From the NCBI GenBank assembly GCA_964601975.1, contig CAZRPW010000002.1, forward strand, positions 2,152-66,151: 64,000 bases of DNA. Direction: 5' to 3'. The notes under the pieces were generated by a model. The model did no database searches. It saw nothing but the letters and a program-made list of their open reading frames with translations, and had not been told where the DNA came from. Below are positions 42,368-52,913 of the stretch, piece after piece. Position numbers and translations under genes: made by a program. Within the stretch, counting starts at the first letter, position 1. Every line of letters starts with the position of its first letter. Source of the stretch: an uncultured Bacteroides sp. GTDB taxonomy: Bacteria > Bacteroidota > Bacteroidia > Bacteroidales > GCA-2748055.

Positions 42368-44473
42368 GTGAAAAACCTCATCATCCCCATTACACTTTCA
42401 GTCATCCTGTTTACAGGGTGTCAAACGAATCCACAAGAGACCATGAATCCCTTCCTTACCGAGTATGATACGCCCTTTGGTGTACCCCCATTTGATATAA
42501 TTGAAAACGACCATTTTTTGCCTGCCTTTAAAGAAGGCATTCGTCAGCAGGAAGCTGAGATCGCAGCCATCGTTGCCAACAAAGAAACACCCACCTTTGA
42601 AAATACAATCGCTGCTTTTGACATCAGCGGGGAGGTTCTCAGAAAAGCAAGTGGCGTATTCTATAAACTTCTTTCGGCCGAAACCAGCGCTGTGATTGAC
42701 TCTATTGCCCGGGAACTGGTTCCCCTGACTTCTGCACACCACAGCAACATGATGTTGAATGATACACTTTTCCTGAAGGTAAAAGCGGTCTACGAAAACC
42801 AGGAGCGCATGAACCTGTCGGCCGAACAAACCCGGGTACTAAAGAAGATCTACCAGGGTTTCGAGCGCGGCGGTGCCAACCTTGATGAAGAGGGAAAAGC
42901 AAAGATCCGGAAGATCGATGAGAAACTTTCAATGCTGACCCTCACTTTCGGGAACAATATGCTGGCTGAAACAAACAGCTACAGCTTGGTCATAGAGGAT
43001 GAAGCTGACCTGGACGGACTCCCCGAATCGGTTCGTTCGGCAGCTGCAGATGCAGCCGCTGCTGCAGATATGGAAGGTAAGTGGATTTTTACCCTGCACA
43101 AACCCAGCTGGATTCCTTTCCTGCAGTATTCTGAGAAAAGGGAACTTCGTGAAGATATTTACAGGGCCATGTTTAAACGAAGCAATAATAATAACGAATT
43201 TGATAACAAGGCGATTATTGCTGAGATTGTATCACTTCGAATCGAACGTGCAAATCTCCTGGGTTATGAAACCCATGCAGATTATAACCTGGCAAACCGC
43301 ATGGCCAAGGAACCGGCCAATGTCTATGATCTATTGATGACCATCTGGGAACCTGCACTTATAAAGGCCAAAGAAGAAGCGGCTATGATGCAGGAGATGA
43401 TTAATAAAGAGGGAAACAGATTCAATCTCGAATCCTGGGACTGGTGGTACTATGCAGAAAAGATCCGGAAAGAAAAGTATGAGCTGGATGAAGAAGAGCT
43501 TCGCCCCTATTTCAGCCTTGAAGCTGTGAAAGACGGACTATTCTCTGTGGTTAATAATTTGTACGGCCTGACCTTCGAAGAGCGAAGCGATCTTCCCCGA
43601 TACCACGAAGAGGTAAAAGCATTTGAAGTAAAAGAAAAGGATGGCTCTCACCTGGGGGTTATATACATGGACTTCCATCCCAGGCCAGGTAAAAAAGGGG
43701 GAGCATGGAGCACTTCCATACGCCAGGCCCACATGGAAAAAGGAGAATGGATAGCCCCGGTTCACATGATTGTTATGAACTTCACGAGGCCCACAGGAGG
43801 TAAACCTGCCCTGCTGAGCTTTGATGAGACCCTCACCTTCTTCCATGAGTTTGGACATGCGCTTCACTCCATGCTCACCAGGTGCGAATACCTCACCACA
43901 TCCGGTACAGCTGTTGCGCAGGACTTTGTTGAACTTCCATCGCAGGTTATGGAAAACTGGGCAGCCCATCCCGAGGTAATGAAAAACTACGCAAAACATT
44001 ACGAAAGTGGAGAGATGATTCCGGACGAACTGATCGCAAAACTGGAAGCTTCAGGGAAATTCAACCAGGGATTCTCCACCGTTGAATATCTTGCTGCCTC
44101 GATCCTTGATATGGATTATCATACCCTCAAGGATGCAGGCGATCTGGATGTGGAGGCCTTTGAAAAGCATTCCATGGATAAAATCGGGCTCATCAATGAG
44201 ATCATTCCCCGCTATCGGTCCACGTATTTCTCCCATATCTTTGCCGGAGGATATTCGGCAGGCTACTACAGTTATATATGGGCTGAGGTGCTGGACAAGG
44301 ATGCCTTTAACGCCTTTCTAGAAACCAGCCTTTTCGACCAGGAAACAGCGCTTTCATTCAGGCAGAATATCCTTGAAAAAGGAGGATCTGTTGAAGAGAT
44401 GGAAATGTATGTGAACTTTCGGGGCAAAGAGCCTACCATCGACGCATTGCTGAAAGGTCGGGGCTTAAACTAA
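42368..44473 (+). CDS. dcp: M3-family zinc metallopeptidase (peptidyl-dipeptidase Dcp-like), lipoprotein signal
   Basis: The zinc motif is FFHEFGHALH. The length is 701 aa and the N-terminus is LSVILFTGC|Q. The start is a GTG at 42368. Confidence 0.85.
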   Translation: MKNLIIPITLSVILFTGCQTNPQETMNPFLTEYDTPFGVPPFDIIENDHFLPAFKEGIRQQEAEIAAIVANKETPTFENTIAAFDISGEVLRKASGVFYKLLSAETSAVIDSIARELVPLTSAHHSNMMLNDTLFLKVKAVYENQERMNLSAEQTRVLKKIYQGFERGGANLDEEGKAKIRKIDEKLSMLTLTFGNNMLAETNSYSLVIEDEADLDGLPESVRSAAADAAAAADMEGKWIFTLHKPSWIPFLQYSEKRELREDIYRAMFKRSNNNNEFDNKAIIAEIVSLRIERANLLGYETHADYNLANRMAKEPANVYDLLMTIWEPALIKAKEEAAMMQEMINKEGNRFNLESWDWWYYAEKIRKEKYELDEEELRPYFSLEAVKDGLFSVVNNLYGLTFEERSDLPRYHEEVKAFEVKEKDGSHLGVIYMDFHPRPGKKGGAWSTSIRQAHMEKGEWIAPVHMIVMNFTRPTGGKPALLSFDETLTFFHEFGHALHSMLTRCEYLTTSGTAVAQDFVELPSQVMENWAAHPEVMKNYAKHYESGEMIPDELIAKLEASGKFNQGFSTVEYLAASILDMDYHTLKDAGDLDVEAFEKHSMDKIGLINEIIPRYRSTYFSHIFAGGYSAGYYSYIWAEVLDKDAFNAFLETSLFDQETALSFRQNILEKGGSVEEMEMYVNFRGKEPTIDALLKGRGLN

Positions 44474-44503
44474 AACCCCTGTTCAATACATCACAAAACC
44501 TGA

Positions 44504-45922
44504 TTAAACGCCTTTTCCTTTGATTATGGTAATGACCGTATAGAAGAGAATTTTCAAATCCACAAAGAGGGACCTGTTTTCAATATAGAGAATATCGAAA
44601 CGGAGTCGCTTAACCATCTCCTCTACATTTTCAGCATAGCCATACTTAACCTGGCCCCAGGAAGTGATGCCCGGCTTTACCTTATGAAGGTGAACGTAAT
44701 GGGGAGCCTGTTCCGTAATTTTCCTTATAAAATAGGCTCTTTCGGGACGGGGACCAACCAGGGCCATATCGCCTCTCAATACGTTGAAGAAATTGGGAAT
44801 CTCATCTAATCTGTGCTTTCGCATAAACTGACCAAAGCGAGTCACCCTGGGATCATGCTTGGAGGATAATTCCGGACCATTTTCTTCCGCTTTATGATAC
44901 ATGGATCTGAATTTATAGATATGGAATTCCTGTCCATATCTCCCCACCCTTGGCTGCTTGTAGAAAATCGGCCCCGGCGAGGAAAGCTTGACCCCTAAGC
45001 CAAGACACAGGATCAAGGGCGAAAGGACCACCAGCGCCAGGATGGAAATAACCACATCCATCAACTGCTTCACATTTTGCTGCCAGGCAGGCATTACATC
45101 ATGGGTTACCTCCGCGAGAGGAGTCCCAAAGATCGTGGTACTCTTCACCTTTCCTGTGAGAATATCGGTCATACTGGGAATCGCGCTCACTCTTAAATCC
45201 AGAAGAGATAAGCGGTTAACAATATCTCCGATCTTTCCATGCTCTGATGGCTCCAGGGCTATGATTACCTCTTCCACATTCAACTTGCGTAAAATGCCCT
45301 CCATGTTTTCATAGCTACCCAGCTGAGGAAGATAATCCTGCAGCTGGTAATGAACTTTCTGATGCACATTGATAAAACCCAGAATCTCGTGTCCGCTCGA
45401 CTTTTTCTGATCCTTTATATCCATATACACATCCACTGCATTTTCGTTACTACCGATCATCACTGTCTTAAAACCAATCTTTCGTTGATGTACCCTTCTG
45501 ACAGTCCTGCTTGTCAGGATCATCCTTGGCACCATGGTTAAAGTCAGATGCAAAAGGAACAGGGTGAAAAAAAGAATGTAATAATTGGTATAGTCAACGA
45601 TCGTATCATCCAGAATCAGGAGAAAAAATATCATCAAAACCCCCAACAGAGAGGTTGTAATGGTCCTCGTAAAATCATCCAGCCTCGATCGTCTGAAAAC
45701 ATGATTATAAAAACCCGTAAAATAGTAGAAGATAATCCATGCAAAAGGGAGCCCAATGGCCCCTGCCCAGAACCGGGAACCCAGCGCAATAGGAATTTCA
45801 ATACCAAAAACCTGCGGCTCAATCTGCAGCTTTCTGAATATATAAAACAAAATCCAGGCCGCCGAAGCAGCGAGGAAGTCAAAAAGGATGTATAGCAGGC
45901 GTTTGCTCCTTTGGTTTTTCAT
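44504..45922 (-). CDS. Polyprenyl-phosphate glycosyl-1-phosphate transferase (WbaP/bacterial sugar transferase family)
   Basis: There are N-terminal TM helices, a central NAD-like domain and a C-terminal sugar-transferase domain (FYKQPRVG..G..F.IYKFRSM, DEIPNFFNVLRGDMALVGPRP, KPGITSWGQV). Confidence 0.85.
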   Translation of the reverse strand: MKNQRSKRLLYILFDFLAASAAWILFYIFRKLQIEPQVFGIEIPIALGSRFWAGAIGLPFAWIIFYYFTGFYNHVFRRSRLDDFTRTITTSLLGVLMIFFLLILDDTIVDYTNYYILFFTLFLLHLTLTMVPRMILTSRTVRRVHQRKIGFKTVMIGSNENAVDVYMDIKDQKKSSGHEILGFINVHQKVHYQLQDYLPQLGSYENMEGILRKLNVEEVIIALEPSEHGKIGDIVNRLSLLDLRVSAIPSMTDILTGKVKSTTIFGTPLAEVTHDVMPAWQQNVKQLMDVVISILALVVLSPLILCLGLGVKLSSPGPIFYKQPRVGRYGQEFHIYKFRSMYHKAEENGPELSSKHDPRVTRFGQFMRKHRLDEIPNFFNVLRGDMALVGPRPERAYFIRKITEQAPHYVHLHKVKPGITSWGQVKYGYAENVEEMVKRLRFDILYIENRSLFVDLKILFYTVITIIKGKGV

Positions 45923-46042
45923 TCAACTCTGACCTCTGAATTTTATAACTGCAAATCAAGCCAAATAATTGCATGCATGACAAAAAAAATGGCCATATAT
46001 GTTCAAGAATATACGCTATATTTGGATTCATAATGGATAAAA

Positions 46043-46684
46043 ATGGATAATTTTCGCCATAAAGGTCTAAGAAAGAAGCTAATAGAAGAGATTCGAGGGA
46101 AAGGAATCCGAAATGAAGAAGTATTGAATGCTATGGACCGGGTTCCAAGGCATCTATTCATGGACAGCAGTTTTATAAACTTCTCATACAACGACAAAGC
46201 TTTTCCTATTTCGGCCGGACAAACCATCTCCCAACCCTTTACGGTTGCTTTTCAAACCGAGTTACTGGAAGTTAAAAGACACCTCAAAGTACTGGAGGTA
46301 GGAACCGGATCGGGTTACCAGACAGCCGTTCTGTTGGAGCTTGGTGCACGGGTATATACAATTGAAAGACAGAGACAGCTTTTTTTGGAAGCGCAAAAAA
46401 CACTTTCTCCGCTTCACTACAAACCGGTTTATTTCTATGGAGACGGTTATGAAGGTGTCCCTTCCTATGCACCCTTTGACAGAATCCTGGTCACAGCAGC
46501 AGCACCAGAAATACCGGACAAACTACTGGCACAGTTAAGTATTGGTGGAATCCTGGTGGTTCCGGAGGGGGGCTCGGCCGGTCAAAAAATGATTCGGGTC
46601 GAGCGTTTATCAGAAAAGGAGTACAAAAGAAGTGAGCATGGCAACTTCTCATTTGTCCCGCTACTAAGGGGAAAAAACAATTAG
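46043..46684 (+). CDS. pcm: Protein-L-isoaspartate O-methyltransferase
   Basis: QTISQP, the SAM-binding motif VLEVGTGSGYQTAVL, and DRILVTAAAPEIP are present. Confidence 0.9.
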   Translation: MDNFRHKGLRKKLIEEIRGKGIRNEEVLNAMDRVPRHLFMDSSFINFSYNDKAFPISAGQTISQPFTVAFQTELLEVKRHLKVLEVGTGSGYQTAVLLELGARVYTIERQRQLFLEAQKTLSPLHYKPVYFYGDGYEGVPSYAPFDRILVTAAAPEIPDKLLAQLSIGGILVVPEGGSAGQKMIRVERLSEKEYKRSEHGNFSFVPLLRGKNN

Positions 46685-46685
46685 A

Positions 46686-47324
46686 ATGATCCATACCGAA
46701 GCAATCATATTCAATAATTTCCAGGTAAACACCTACCTGATATGGGATGATAGTCTCGAATGCCTGCTGGTCGATCCTGCATTCTATTCCTGGGAAGAGC
46801 AGCAGTCCTTATTATCCATGATTAAGGAAAAAGGTCTCGCCCTGAAAGGGCAAATCAACACCCATTGCCACGTAGACCATATACTGGGGCTCGATTTCCT
46901 TAAATCGGAATACGGTCTCCCGATCAGAGCCCACCGGGAAGAATTAAAGATCATCACCAATGCTCCCCTGATGGGCGACCTCTTTGGCTGGAACGTAAAG
47001 CCCATTGATGGCATTGATGAATTCCTGGAAGAGGGAAAAGACATTCCCATTGGAAAGCATCTGCTTAAGGTCCTTCATGTTCCTGGCCACTCACCTGGAA
47101 GCGTTTCATTCTATTCTAAAGAAGGAGGATTTGTGATCACCGGCGACGCACTCTTCTCCGGGAGTATAGGCCGAACCGATCTGCCGGGCGGCGATTATGA
47201 CACGCTCATCGGATCAATAAAGGAAAAATTACTTACACTTCCCCCGGAAACGCTGGTCTTCCCGGGACATGGCCCCTCCTCAAATATCGGTCGCGAGAGG
47301 GATGAAAATCCCTTCCTGAAGTAG
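46686..47324 (+). CDS. MBL-fold metallo-hydrolase (glyoxalase II-like)
   Basis: THCHVDH (HxHxDH), VPGHSPGS and TGDALF are present. Confidence 0.85.
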   Translation: MIHTEAIIFNNFQVNTYLIWDDSLECLLVDPAFYSWEEQQSLLSMIKEKGLALKGQINTHCHVDHILGLDFLKSEYGLPIRAHREELKIITNAPLMGDLFGWNVKPIDGIDEFLEEGKDIPIGKHLLKVLHVPGHSPGSVSFYSKEGGFVITGDALFSGSIGRTDLPGGDYDTLIGSIKEKLLTLPPETLVFPGHGPSSNIGRERDENPFLK

Positions 47325-47370
47325 ATTAAACAACATGATTTCTGACATAAAATTTGAAGTCCCTTTTAAC

Positions 47371-47378
47371 TATATTTG
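47371..47378 (+). promoter_or_regulatory. Bacteroidota -7 promoter motif (TAnnTTTG) upstream of gcvP
   Basis: TATATTTG lies 41 nt upstream of the gcvP ATG. Confidence 0.35.
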
Positions 47379-47418
47379 GGCTTCTGTTCAAAAATCATGT
47401 TAAGCAATTATTCAAGGA

Positions 47419-50298
47419 ATGAAACAAGATAATTTTAGCCAACGCCACCTGGGTCCGGACAAGACCGAAATCGATAAGATGTTGAAGAAAATTGGTGCTG
47501 CATCACTGGACGAACTGGTGGAGCTTACCGTTCCTGCATCCATCTATAACAAACAGGCCTTGAAGCTTCCAGAAGGAATCGACGAAAGCAGCTACCTGAA
47601 AAAGATGAGGGAAATTGCCAGGAAAAATAAGCTCTTCAAATCCTACATCGGGCTTGGCTATTACAACACCATTTTGCCCTCTGCAATACAAAGGAACATC
47701 CTTGAAAATCCAAACTGGTACACTTCCTATACCCCATACCAGGCGGAGATTTCCCAGGGGCGCCTTGAGGCCCTGCTTAATTTTCAGACCATGGTGATGG
47801 ATCTTACCGGTATGGAGATAGCAAATGCCTCTCTTCTGGATGAAGCTACTGCCGCCGCCGAGGCAATGATCATGTTATATAATGCCCGAAGCCGAAGTGC
47901 AATAAAAGCTGGGAAAAATAAATTCTTTGTGGATGAAAATATATTCCCCCAGACTAAAGCCGTACTTATAACCCGATCACAGCCATTGGGTATTGAACTC
48001 GTGTTTGGAGACTATGAACAGGCAAAACTTGACGATAGTGTTTTCGGCTGCCTGGTTCAATACCCAGCTGCCGACGGAGCTGTAAGGAATTATGCCGATT
48101 TCACCCTCGCAGCCCACGAAAAGGAAATTGCCGTGGCTGTTGCTGCCGACCTGATGAGCCTGGTTTTGCTCACTCCTCCGGGTGAATGGGATGCTGATGT
48201 GGTGATTGGTTCCACCCAGCGCTTTGGAATTCCCATGTTTTATGGAGGACCACATGCTGCCTTTTTTGCCACAAAGGAATCATTCAAAAGAAACATTCCC
48301 GGAAGAATTATCGGAATCTCTATAGATGTAAATGAAAAACCTGCCCTGAGGATGGCACTTCAGACCCGGGAACAGCATATCAAAAGAGAGCGTGCCACTT
48401 CGAATATCTGTACAGCTCAGGCTCTGCTTGCCAGCATGGCGGGGATGTATGGCGTCTATCATGGTCCGGAAGGTCTGCAGAGAATTGCTTCCAACATCCA
48501 TAGCGGCGCTGTTTATATGGCCGCTCAGCTGAAAGCCTTGGGATACCATGTGGTTCATGAAAACTTCTTCGACACCCTTCTGGTAGAAATGCCGGGTTCA
48601 CTCACCACTGAATCTGTGAAGAAGCTGGCCATTGAAAAGGAGATTAACCTTTACTACCATGATGAAAAACGGCTTCAGTTCTCCACAGATGAATCGACCC
48701 TTGAAGCAGAATTGAATGAACTCCTGGAAGTTTTCTCAATAGCAGTAAAAAAAGTGGTCCAATACCAGGAATGTATTGAAACCACTACTGCATTTGATAA
48801 ATCATTTATACGCAGGTCGAAGATCCTGACTCAGGACGTCTTTAGCAACTATCGATCGGAAACGGACCTGATGCGCTACATCAGGATGCTTGAGAAAAAG
48901 GACATCTCCCTGACCCAATCCATGATCTCCCTGGGGTCGTGTACAATGAAGCTGAACGCTGCAACTCAGCTGATGCCTGTAAGCTGGCCCGAATTTGCAT
49001 CCCTGCACCCCTTTGTCCCCATCGACCAGACCGAAGGAACCAGCCAGTTAATCAACGAACTCGAGGCCGGACTTAAAGAGATCACCGGTTTTGAAACCAT
49101 TTCATTCCAGCCTAATTCCGGAGCCTCGGGTGAATATGCGGGACTGATGGTCATCCAGGCCTACCACCAGAGCCGGGGCGATTCCCACAGGAATATCGTA
49201 TTGATACCGGCCTCAGCACACGGCACCAACCCGGCCAGTGCAGTGATGGCCGGACTGAGCGTAAAAGTTGTCAAATGCGACGATCGTGGAAATATCGACA
49301 CGGCCCATCTGAATGAGCTTGCGGAAGCCCATAAAGAAGAGCTCTCATCCATCATGATCACCTACCCCTCCACCCATGGAGTATTTGAGGATAATATCCG
49401 TGAAATTATCGACATGGTTCATGAGAAGGGCGGACAGGTATACATGGACGGGGCCAATATGAATGCCCAGGTGGGCCTCACCAGCCCTGCCTATATTGGG
49501 GCAGATGTATGTCACCTGAACCTTCACAAAACCTTTGCCATACCCCACGGTGGTGGCGGACCCGGCGTTGGCCCCATTGGCGTAGCCAACCACCTGGTTG
49601 AGTTCCTGCCCACCCACCCCCTGGTAGAGACCGGCGGAATCAAGGGAATAAGCGCGGTTGCTGCTGCACCCTATGGAAGTGCAGGAGTACTGGCCATCTC
49701 CCACAGTTATATCCAAATGCTTGGAGCAAGCGGGCTCACCGAATCCACGCGCATTGCCATCCTGAATGCAAACTATGTAGCCACCTCACTGAAGGATCAC
49801 TATGACATCCTTTACAGGGGAACCGAAGGCAAAGTGGCTCATGAAATGATCCTCGATTGCAGGAAATTTAAGGCCATGGCTGACATTACCGAGGCAGACA
49901 TTGCAAAAAGACTGATGGATTATGGCTTCCATGCTCCCACCCTCTCTTTCCCTGTACACGGCACCCTGATGATGGAACCCACCGAAAGTGAATCACTGGC
50001 CGAGCTGGACCGCTTTATTGAGGCCATGATTGATATTCATAAGGACATCATGGAGATCTCCGAAGGAAGACAGGACGTAGAAGGCAGTGTGTTGCGCCAT
50101 GCCCCTCACACCGCTGAAGTCCTCCTGGCCGAAAACTGGGAAAAAAAATACTCAAGAGAGAAGGCAGCCTTTCCCCTGCCCTGGGTAAAAGAGAACAAAT
50201 TCTGGCCCCCGGTAAGTCGGATTAACGACGGCTATGGAGACCGGAACCTGGTCTGCAGCTGCGAGCCCCTGGAATCGTACAGGGATTCATCGGAATAG
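47419..50298 (+). CDS. gcvP: Glycine dehydrogenase (decarboxylating), single-chain P protein
   Basis: The length is 959 aa. NWYTSYTPYQAEISQGRLEALLNFQTM and the PLP lysine region CHLNLHKTFAIPHGGGGPG are present. Confidence 0.95.
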   Translation: MKQDNFSQRHLGPDKTEIDKMLKKIGAASLDELVELTVPASIYNKQALKLPEGIDESSYLKKMREIARKNKLFKSYIGLGYYNTILPSAIQRNILENPNWYTSYTPYQAEISQGRLEALLNFQTMVMDLTGMEIANASLLDEATAAAEAMIMLYNARSRSAIKAGKNKFFVDENIFPQTKAVLITRSQPLGIELVFGDYEQAKLDDSVFGCLVQYPAADGAVRNYADFTLAAHEKEIAVAVAADLMSLVLLTPPGEWDADVVIGSTQRFGIPMFYGGPHAAFFATKESFKRNIPGRIIGISIDVNEKPALRMALQTREQHIKRERATSNICTAQALLASMAGMYGVYHGPEGLQRIASNIHSGAVYMAAQLKALGYHVVHENFFDTLLVEMPGSLTTESVKKLAIEKEINLYYHDEKRLQFSTDESTLEAELNELLEVFSIAVKKVVQYQECIETTTAFDKSFIRRSKILTQDVFSNYRSETDLMRYIRMLEKKDISLTQSMISLGSCTMKLNAATQLMPVSWPEFASLHPFVPIDQTEGTSQLINELEAGLKEITGFETISFQPNSGASGEYAGLMVIQAYHQSRGDSHRNIVLIPASAHGTNPASAVMAGLSVKVVKCDDRGNIDTAHLNELAEAHKEELSSIMITYPSTHGVFEDNIREIIDMVHEKGGQVYMDGANMNAQVGLTSPAYIGADVCHLNLHKTFAIPHGGGGPGVGPIGVANHLVEFLPTHPLVETGGIKGISAVAAAPYGSAGVLAISHSYIQMLGASGLTESTRIAILNANYVATSLKDHYDILYRGTEGKVAHEMILDCRKFKAMADITEADIAKRLMDYGFHAPTLSFPVHGTLMMEPTESESLAELDRFIEAMIDIHKDIMEISEGRQDVEGSVLRHAPHTAEVLLAENWEKKYSREKAAFPLPWVKENKFWPPVSRINDGYGDRNLVCSCEPLESYRDSSE

Positions 50299-50335
50299 CC
50301 TGCCGGCAGATATTATCGGGAATGAACCGGGCAGA

Positions 50336-50743
50336 TTAAACCTCTGCCCCGGTTTTTGACTTCGCCTCCGCCTTTACCTCATCCCGGGCACTCATCTCCT
50401 GCCCACTGTTCCGGGGTGAGAGAAAAAGGAAGTTATCACAAACGATTTCTGTACTGTAGCGCTTGTTCCCATCCTTGTCGTCCCAGCTGTTGGTGGATAT
50501 TTTTCCCTCCACAAAGAGGGCATCCCCCTTATGCACATGCTGCTTCACAATATCTGCAGCCTTGTTCCATACCACAATGCGGTGCCATTCTGTTTTTGAC
50601 ACCTCCTCCCCTTCCTTGTTCTTGTAGACTTCATTGGTCGCCAGGGGGAAATTGGCCACAAAGGCCTCCCCGTCACGTTCAGAAACTCTGGGCACCTCAC
50701 CCACATTTCCAACCAGCGTCACTCTGTTTACTCCGTATTTCAT
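50336..50743 (-). CDS. ssb: Single-stranded DNA-binding protein (short form, no acidic C-terminal tip)
   Basis: The OB-fold reads VNRVTLVGNVG...TEWHRIVVWNKAADIVKQHVHKGDALFVEGKISTNSWDDKDGNKRYSTEIV. The C-terminus ends ...KSKTGAEV rather than the usual D-D-(I/L)-P-F. Confidence 0.85.
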   Translation of the reverse strand: MKYGVNRVTLVGNVGEVPRVSERDGEAFVANFPLATNEVYKNKEGEEVSKTEWHRIVVWNKAADIVKQHVHKGDALFVEGKISTNSWDDKDGNKRYSTEIVCDNFLFLSPRNSGQEMSARDEVKAEAKSKTGAEV

Positions 50744-50947
50744 AATAATATGATTTGGTTACATAGCTTAATGTGATGAGGAGAGGGGATATCAGCTAGC
50801 TTATTGCAACTGGGTGATATATTAGGACTTTTAGGAAAGATTCCCAAATTGCGCTTTATTTGCGTTCTTACCTGTGCGAATCGGGAGCAAGCTTACAGGA
50901 TCTCCATCACATAATAGAATTTCAAAACAAATTTTAACAGAAAAAGC

Positions 50948-52183
50948 ATGGCTAATAAATTAATCATCATACTGTTCGGCATAATATTCTTCAGCACGGC
51001 TCAAAAGGTTGAAGCCCAGAGAACCCACATTATTGAAATGGGTATAATCGATAGTCTGCATTCCGACATTCTCAATGAATCAAGAGAAATTTACATTCAC
51101 CTGCCTGAAAGTTTTGATGAAAGCAGCAAGCATAAATACCCCGTAATCTATGTTCTGGATGGGGAGCTTATCCTTAAAGCAGCAGCGACAGTGTATGATT
51201 TTTACTGGGGAGGATATATGCCAGAAATGGTCATCATTGGTATATCAAATCATAAAAACAGAACAAGGGACCTGACAACATCTGAGGTGGAATTTCGTCG
51301 TGGTGCAGCATTTAAGCAGGAAACTGGCGGTGCTGAAAATTTTACCGCCTTTATTGAAAAAGAACTCATCCCATATGTGGAGAAAAACTATCCTGTCACC
51401 GGATACAGAACCCTGATCGGCCACTCCTATGCAGGTCTCTTTACAATCTCTGCTTTAATCAATCATAGCGATCTCTTTGAGAATTATCTGGCCATTGATC
51501 CCAGCCTTGACTGGGACAATCAGAAACTGCTTAAACAATCGAAGGAGATATTCAGTCAGGAAAGCTTCAAAGGAAAATCAATCTTTCTAACTCTAGGAGG
51601 GCAGCTGCACATGCAAAACAGCGGGATCAATATTGAGAATGTGATGGAAGATACTAGCGAATACACATTATTTGCCCGTTCAAATATTGAATTCTACAGA
51701 GCAGCTAAAAACAACGTTCAGAGTGGCTTAAATATCCAATGGAAATATTATCCGCACGACTTGCATGGAACCATACCCTTGCCATCCATTCTGGATGGTC
51801 TTATTTTTCTCTTTGATTGGTTCCAGATGGAAGATACTGACAAAATCAATAATCCTGAGACACCCCTGGACGAACTGCTCCAGGTAATCAGGAAAAGGGA
51901 ACAAAAACTAGAAGCGCATTTTTCTTACTTTGTTCCTCCTTATGATGAGGGTTTATTAAACATGCTTGGATACATGTATATGGAGATGGGAAAGCTTCAA
52001 AAATCCCTTGCCATTTTTCTCTTAGGCATCGAATATTTCCCCTCCAGCGCAAACGCCTACGACTCTCTGGCCGATTATTATGTAACCCAGGGCGACTTCA
52101 AGAATGCCCTGATCAATGAAACCAGGGCATTTGAAATCAGCGGAAGTGAATACCACCGTCAAAGAATGGAAGAATTCAAATGA
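50948..52183 (+). CDS. Alpha/beta hydrolase (putative esterase family) with a TPR-like C-terminal extension
   Basis: A signal peptide is present. YPVIYVLDG, the nucleophile elbow GHSYAG (GxSxG), and a C-terminal helical repeat (GIEYFPSSANAYDSLADYYVTQGDFKNAL) are present. Confidence 0.75.
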   Translation: MANKLIIILFGIIFFSTAQKVEAQRTHIIEMGIIDSLHSDILNESREIYIHLPESFDESSKHKYPVIYVLDGELILKAAATVYDFYWGGYMPEMVIIGISNHKNRTRDLTTSEVEFRRGAAFKQETGGAENFTAFIEKELIPYVEKNYPVTGYRTLIGHSYAGLFTISALINHSDLFENYLAIDPSLDWDNQKLLKQSKEIFSQESFKGKSIFLTLGGQLHMQNSGINIENVMEDTSEYTLFARSNIEFYRAAKNNVQSGLNIQWKYYPHDLHGTIPLPSILDGLIFLFDWFQMEDTDKINNPETPLDELLQVIRKREQKLEAHFSYFVPPYDEGLLNMLGYMYMEMGKLQKSLAIFLLGIEYFPSSANAYDSLADYYVTQGDFKNALINETRAFEISGSEYHRQRMEEFK

Positions 52184-52656
52184 TTATTCGTAAGATAAAA
52201 AGGGAGGATAATCCCCACCTGGCAAAGATGATCCGGGATGTATTTGAGGAATTTGATGCCCCACGCCAGGGAACTGTGTATTCCGACCCCACTACCAACG
52301 ATCTGTACGGCTTGTTCCAAAAACCAGGATCTGTACTCTGGGTGGCTGAAATAAATGGGAAAGCAGTGGGTTGTTGCGGAATATATCCCACCGAAGGACT
52401 GGAAAAGAACTACTGCGAACTTGTAAAATTCTACCTGGCCAAATCCATCAGGGGGAATGGAAGCGGGAAATCCCTCATGCAACACTCCGTTGATTCGGCC
52501 CGTGAACTGGGATATAGCAAACTTTACCTGGAGAGTCTGCCCCACTTCTCAAGGGCCATTGGCATGTACGACCGGCTTGGTTTTAAAAGACTTGCTGTAC
52601 CCCTTGGACAATCGGGTCATACAGGCTGCAGCATCTGGATGCTAAAAGAGCTTTAA
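52180..52656 (+). CDS. GNAT-family N-acetyltransferase
   Basis: The acetyl-CoA-binding segment is RGNGSGKSLMQHSVDSARELGY (R/Q-x-x-G-x-G/A pattern). The length is 158 aa. It overlaps the esterase gene by ATGA. Confidence 0.8.
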   Translation: MIIRKIKREDNPHLAKMIRDVFEEFDAPRQGTVYSDPTTNDLYGLFQKPGSVLWVAEINGKAVGCCGIYPTEGLEKNYCELVKFYLAKSIRGNGSGKSLMQHSVDSARELGYSKLYLESLPHFSRAIGMYDRLGFKRLAVPLGQSGHTGCSIWMLKEL

Positions 52657-52715
52657 TTTTTATCGAAAAACCACCTAATTCATGTACTTTTGATTTCAAT
52701 TTAAAAACGATTGAT

Positions 52716-52913
52716 ATGGCCATTAGTGAAGACGCTGTCCGACTTAGAAAAATGATAGAACATGCAATAGAGGATCATCTAATTACTCATGATGAATTAG
52801 ATAAAATACACAGCCTTGCCACAGAAGATGGTCACATCGACCGTCACGAGCAAGCCCTGCTCGACCAGCTGCATCAGATGATCGAAGACAAGTCTGTGAA
52901 GTTATTCGGCTAA
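52716..52913 (+). CDS. Small acidic, His-rich helical hypothetical protein
   Basis: 65 aa with a repeated helical pattern (HAIEDHLITHDELDKIH / HIDRHEQALLDQLH). No family was recognised and coding status is uncertain. Confidence 0.35.
   Translation: MAISEDAVRLRKMIEHAIEDHLITHDELDKIHSLATEDGHIDRHEQALLDQLHQMIEDKSVKLFG

Noticed and set aside
47325-47418. Possible glycine riboswitch upstream of gcvP
   Set aside because: The leader is only 94 nt. I cannot find the conserved glycine-aptamer elements, and it is too short for even a single aptamer plus expression platform.
50300-50334. Palindrome CTGCCGGCAG and pairing with CCGGGCAG as a bidirectional terminator between gcvP and ssb
   Set aside because: The stem is short and imperfect, the loop is ~20 nt, and there is no T/A tract on either side. 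This is too weak to call.
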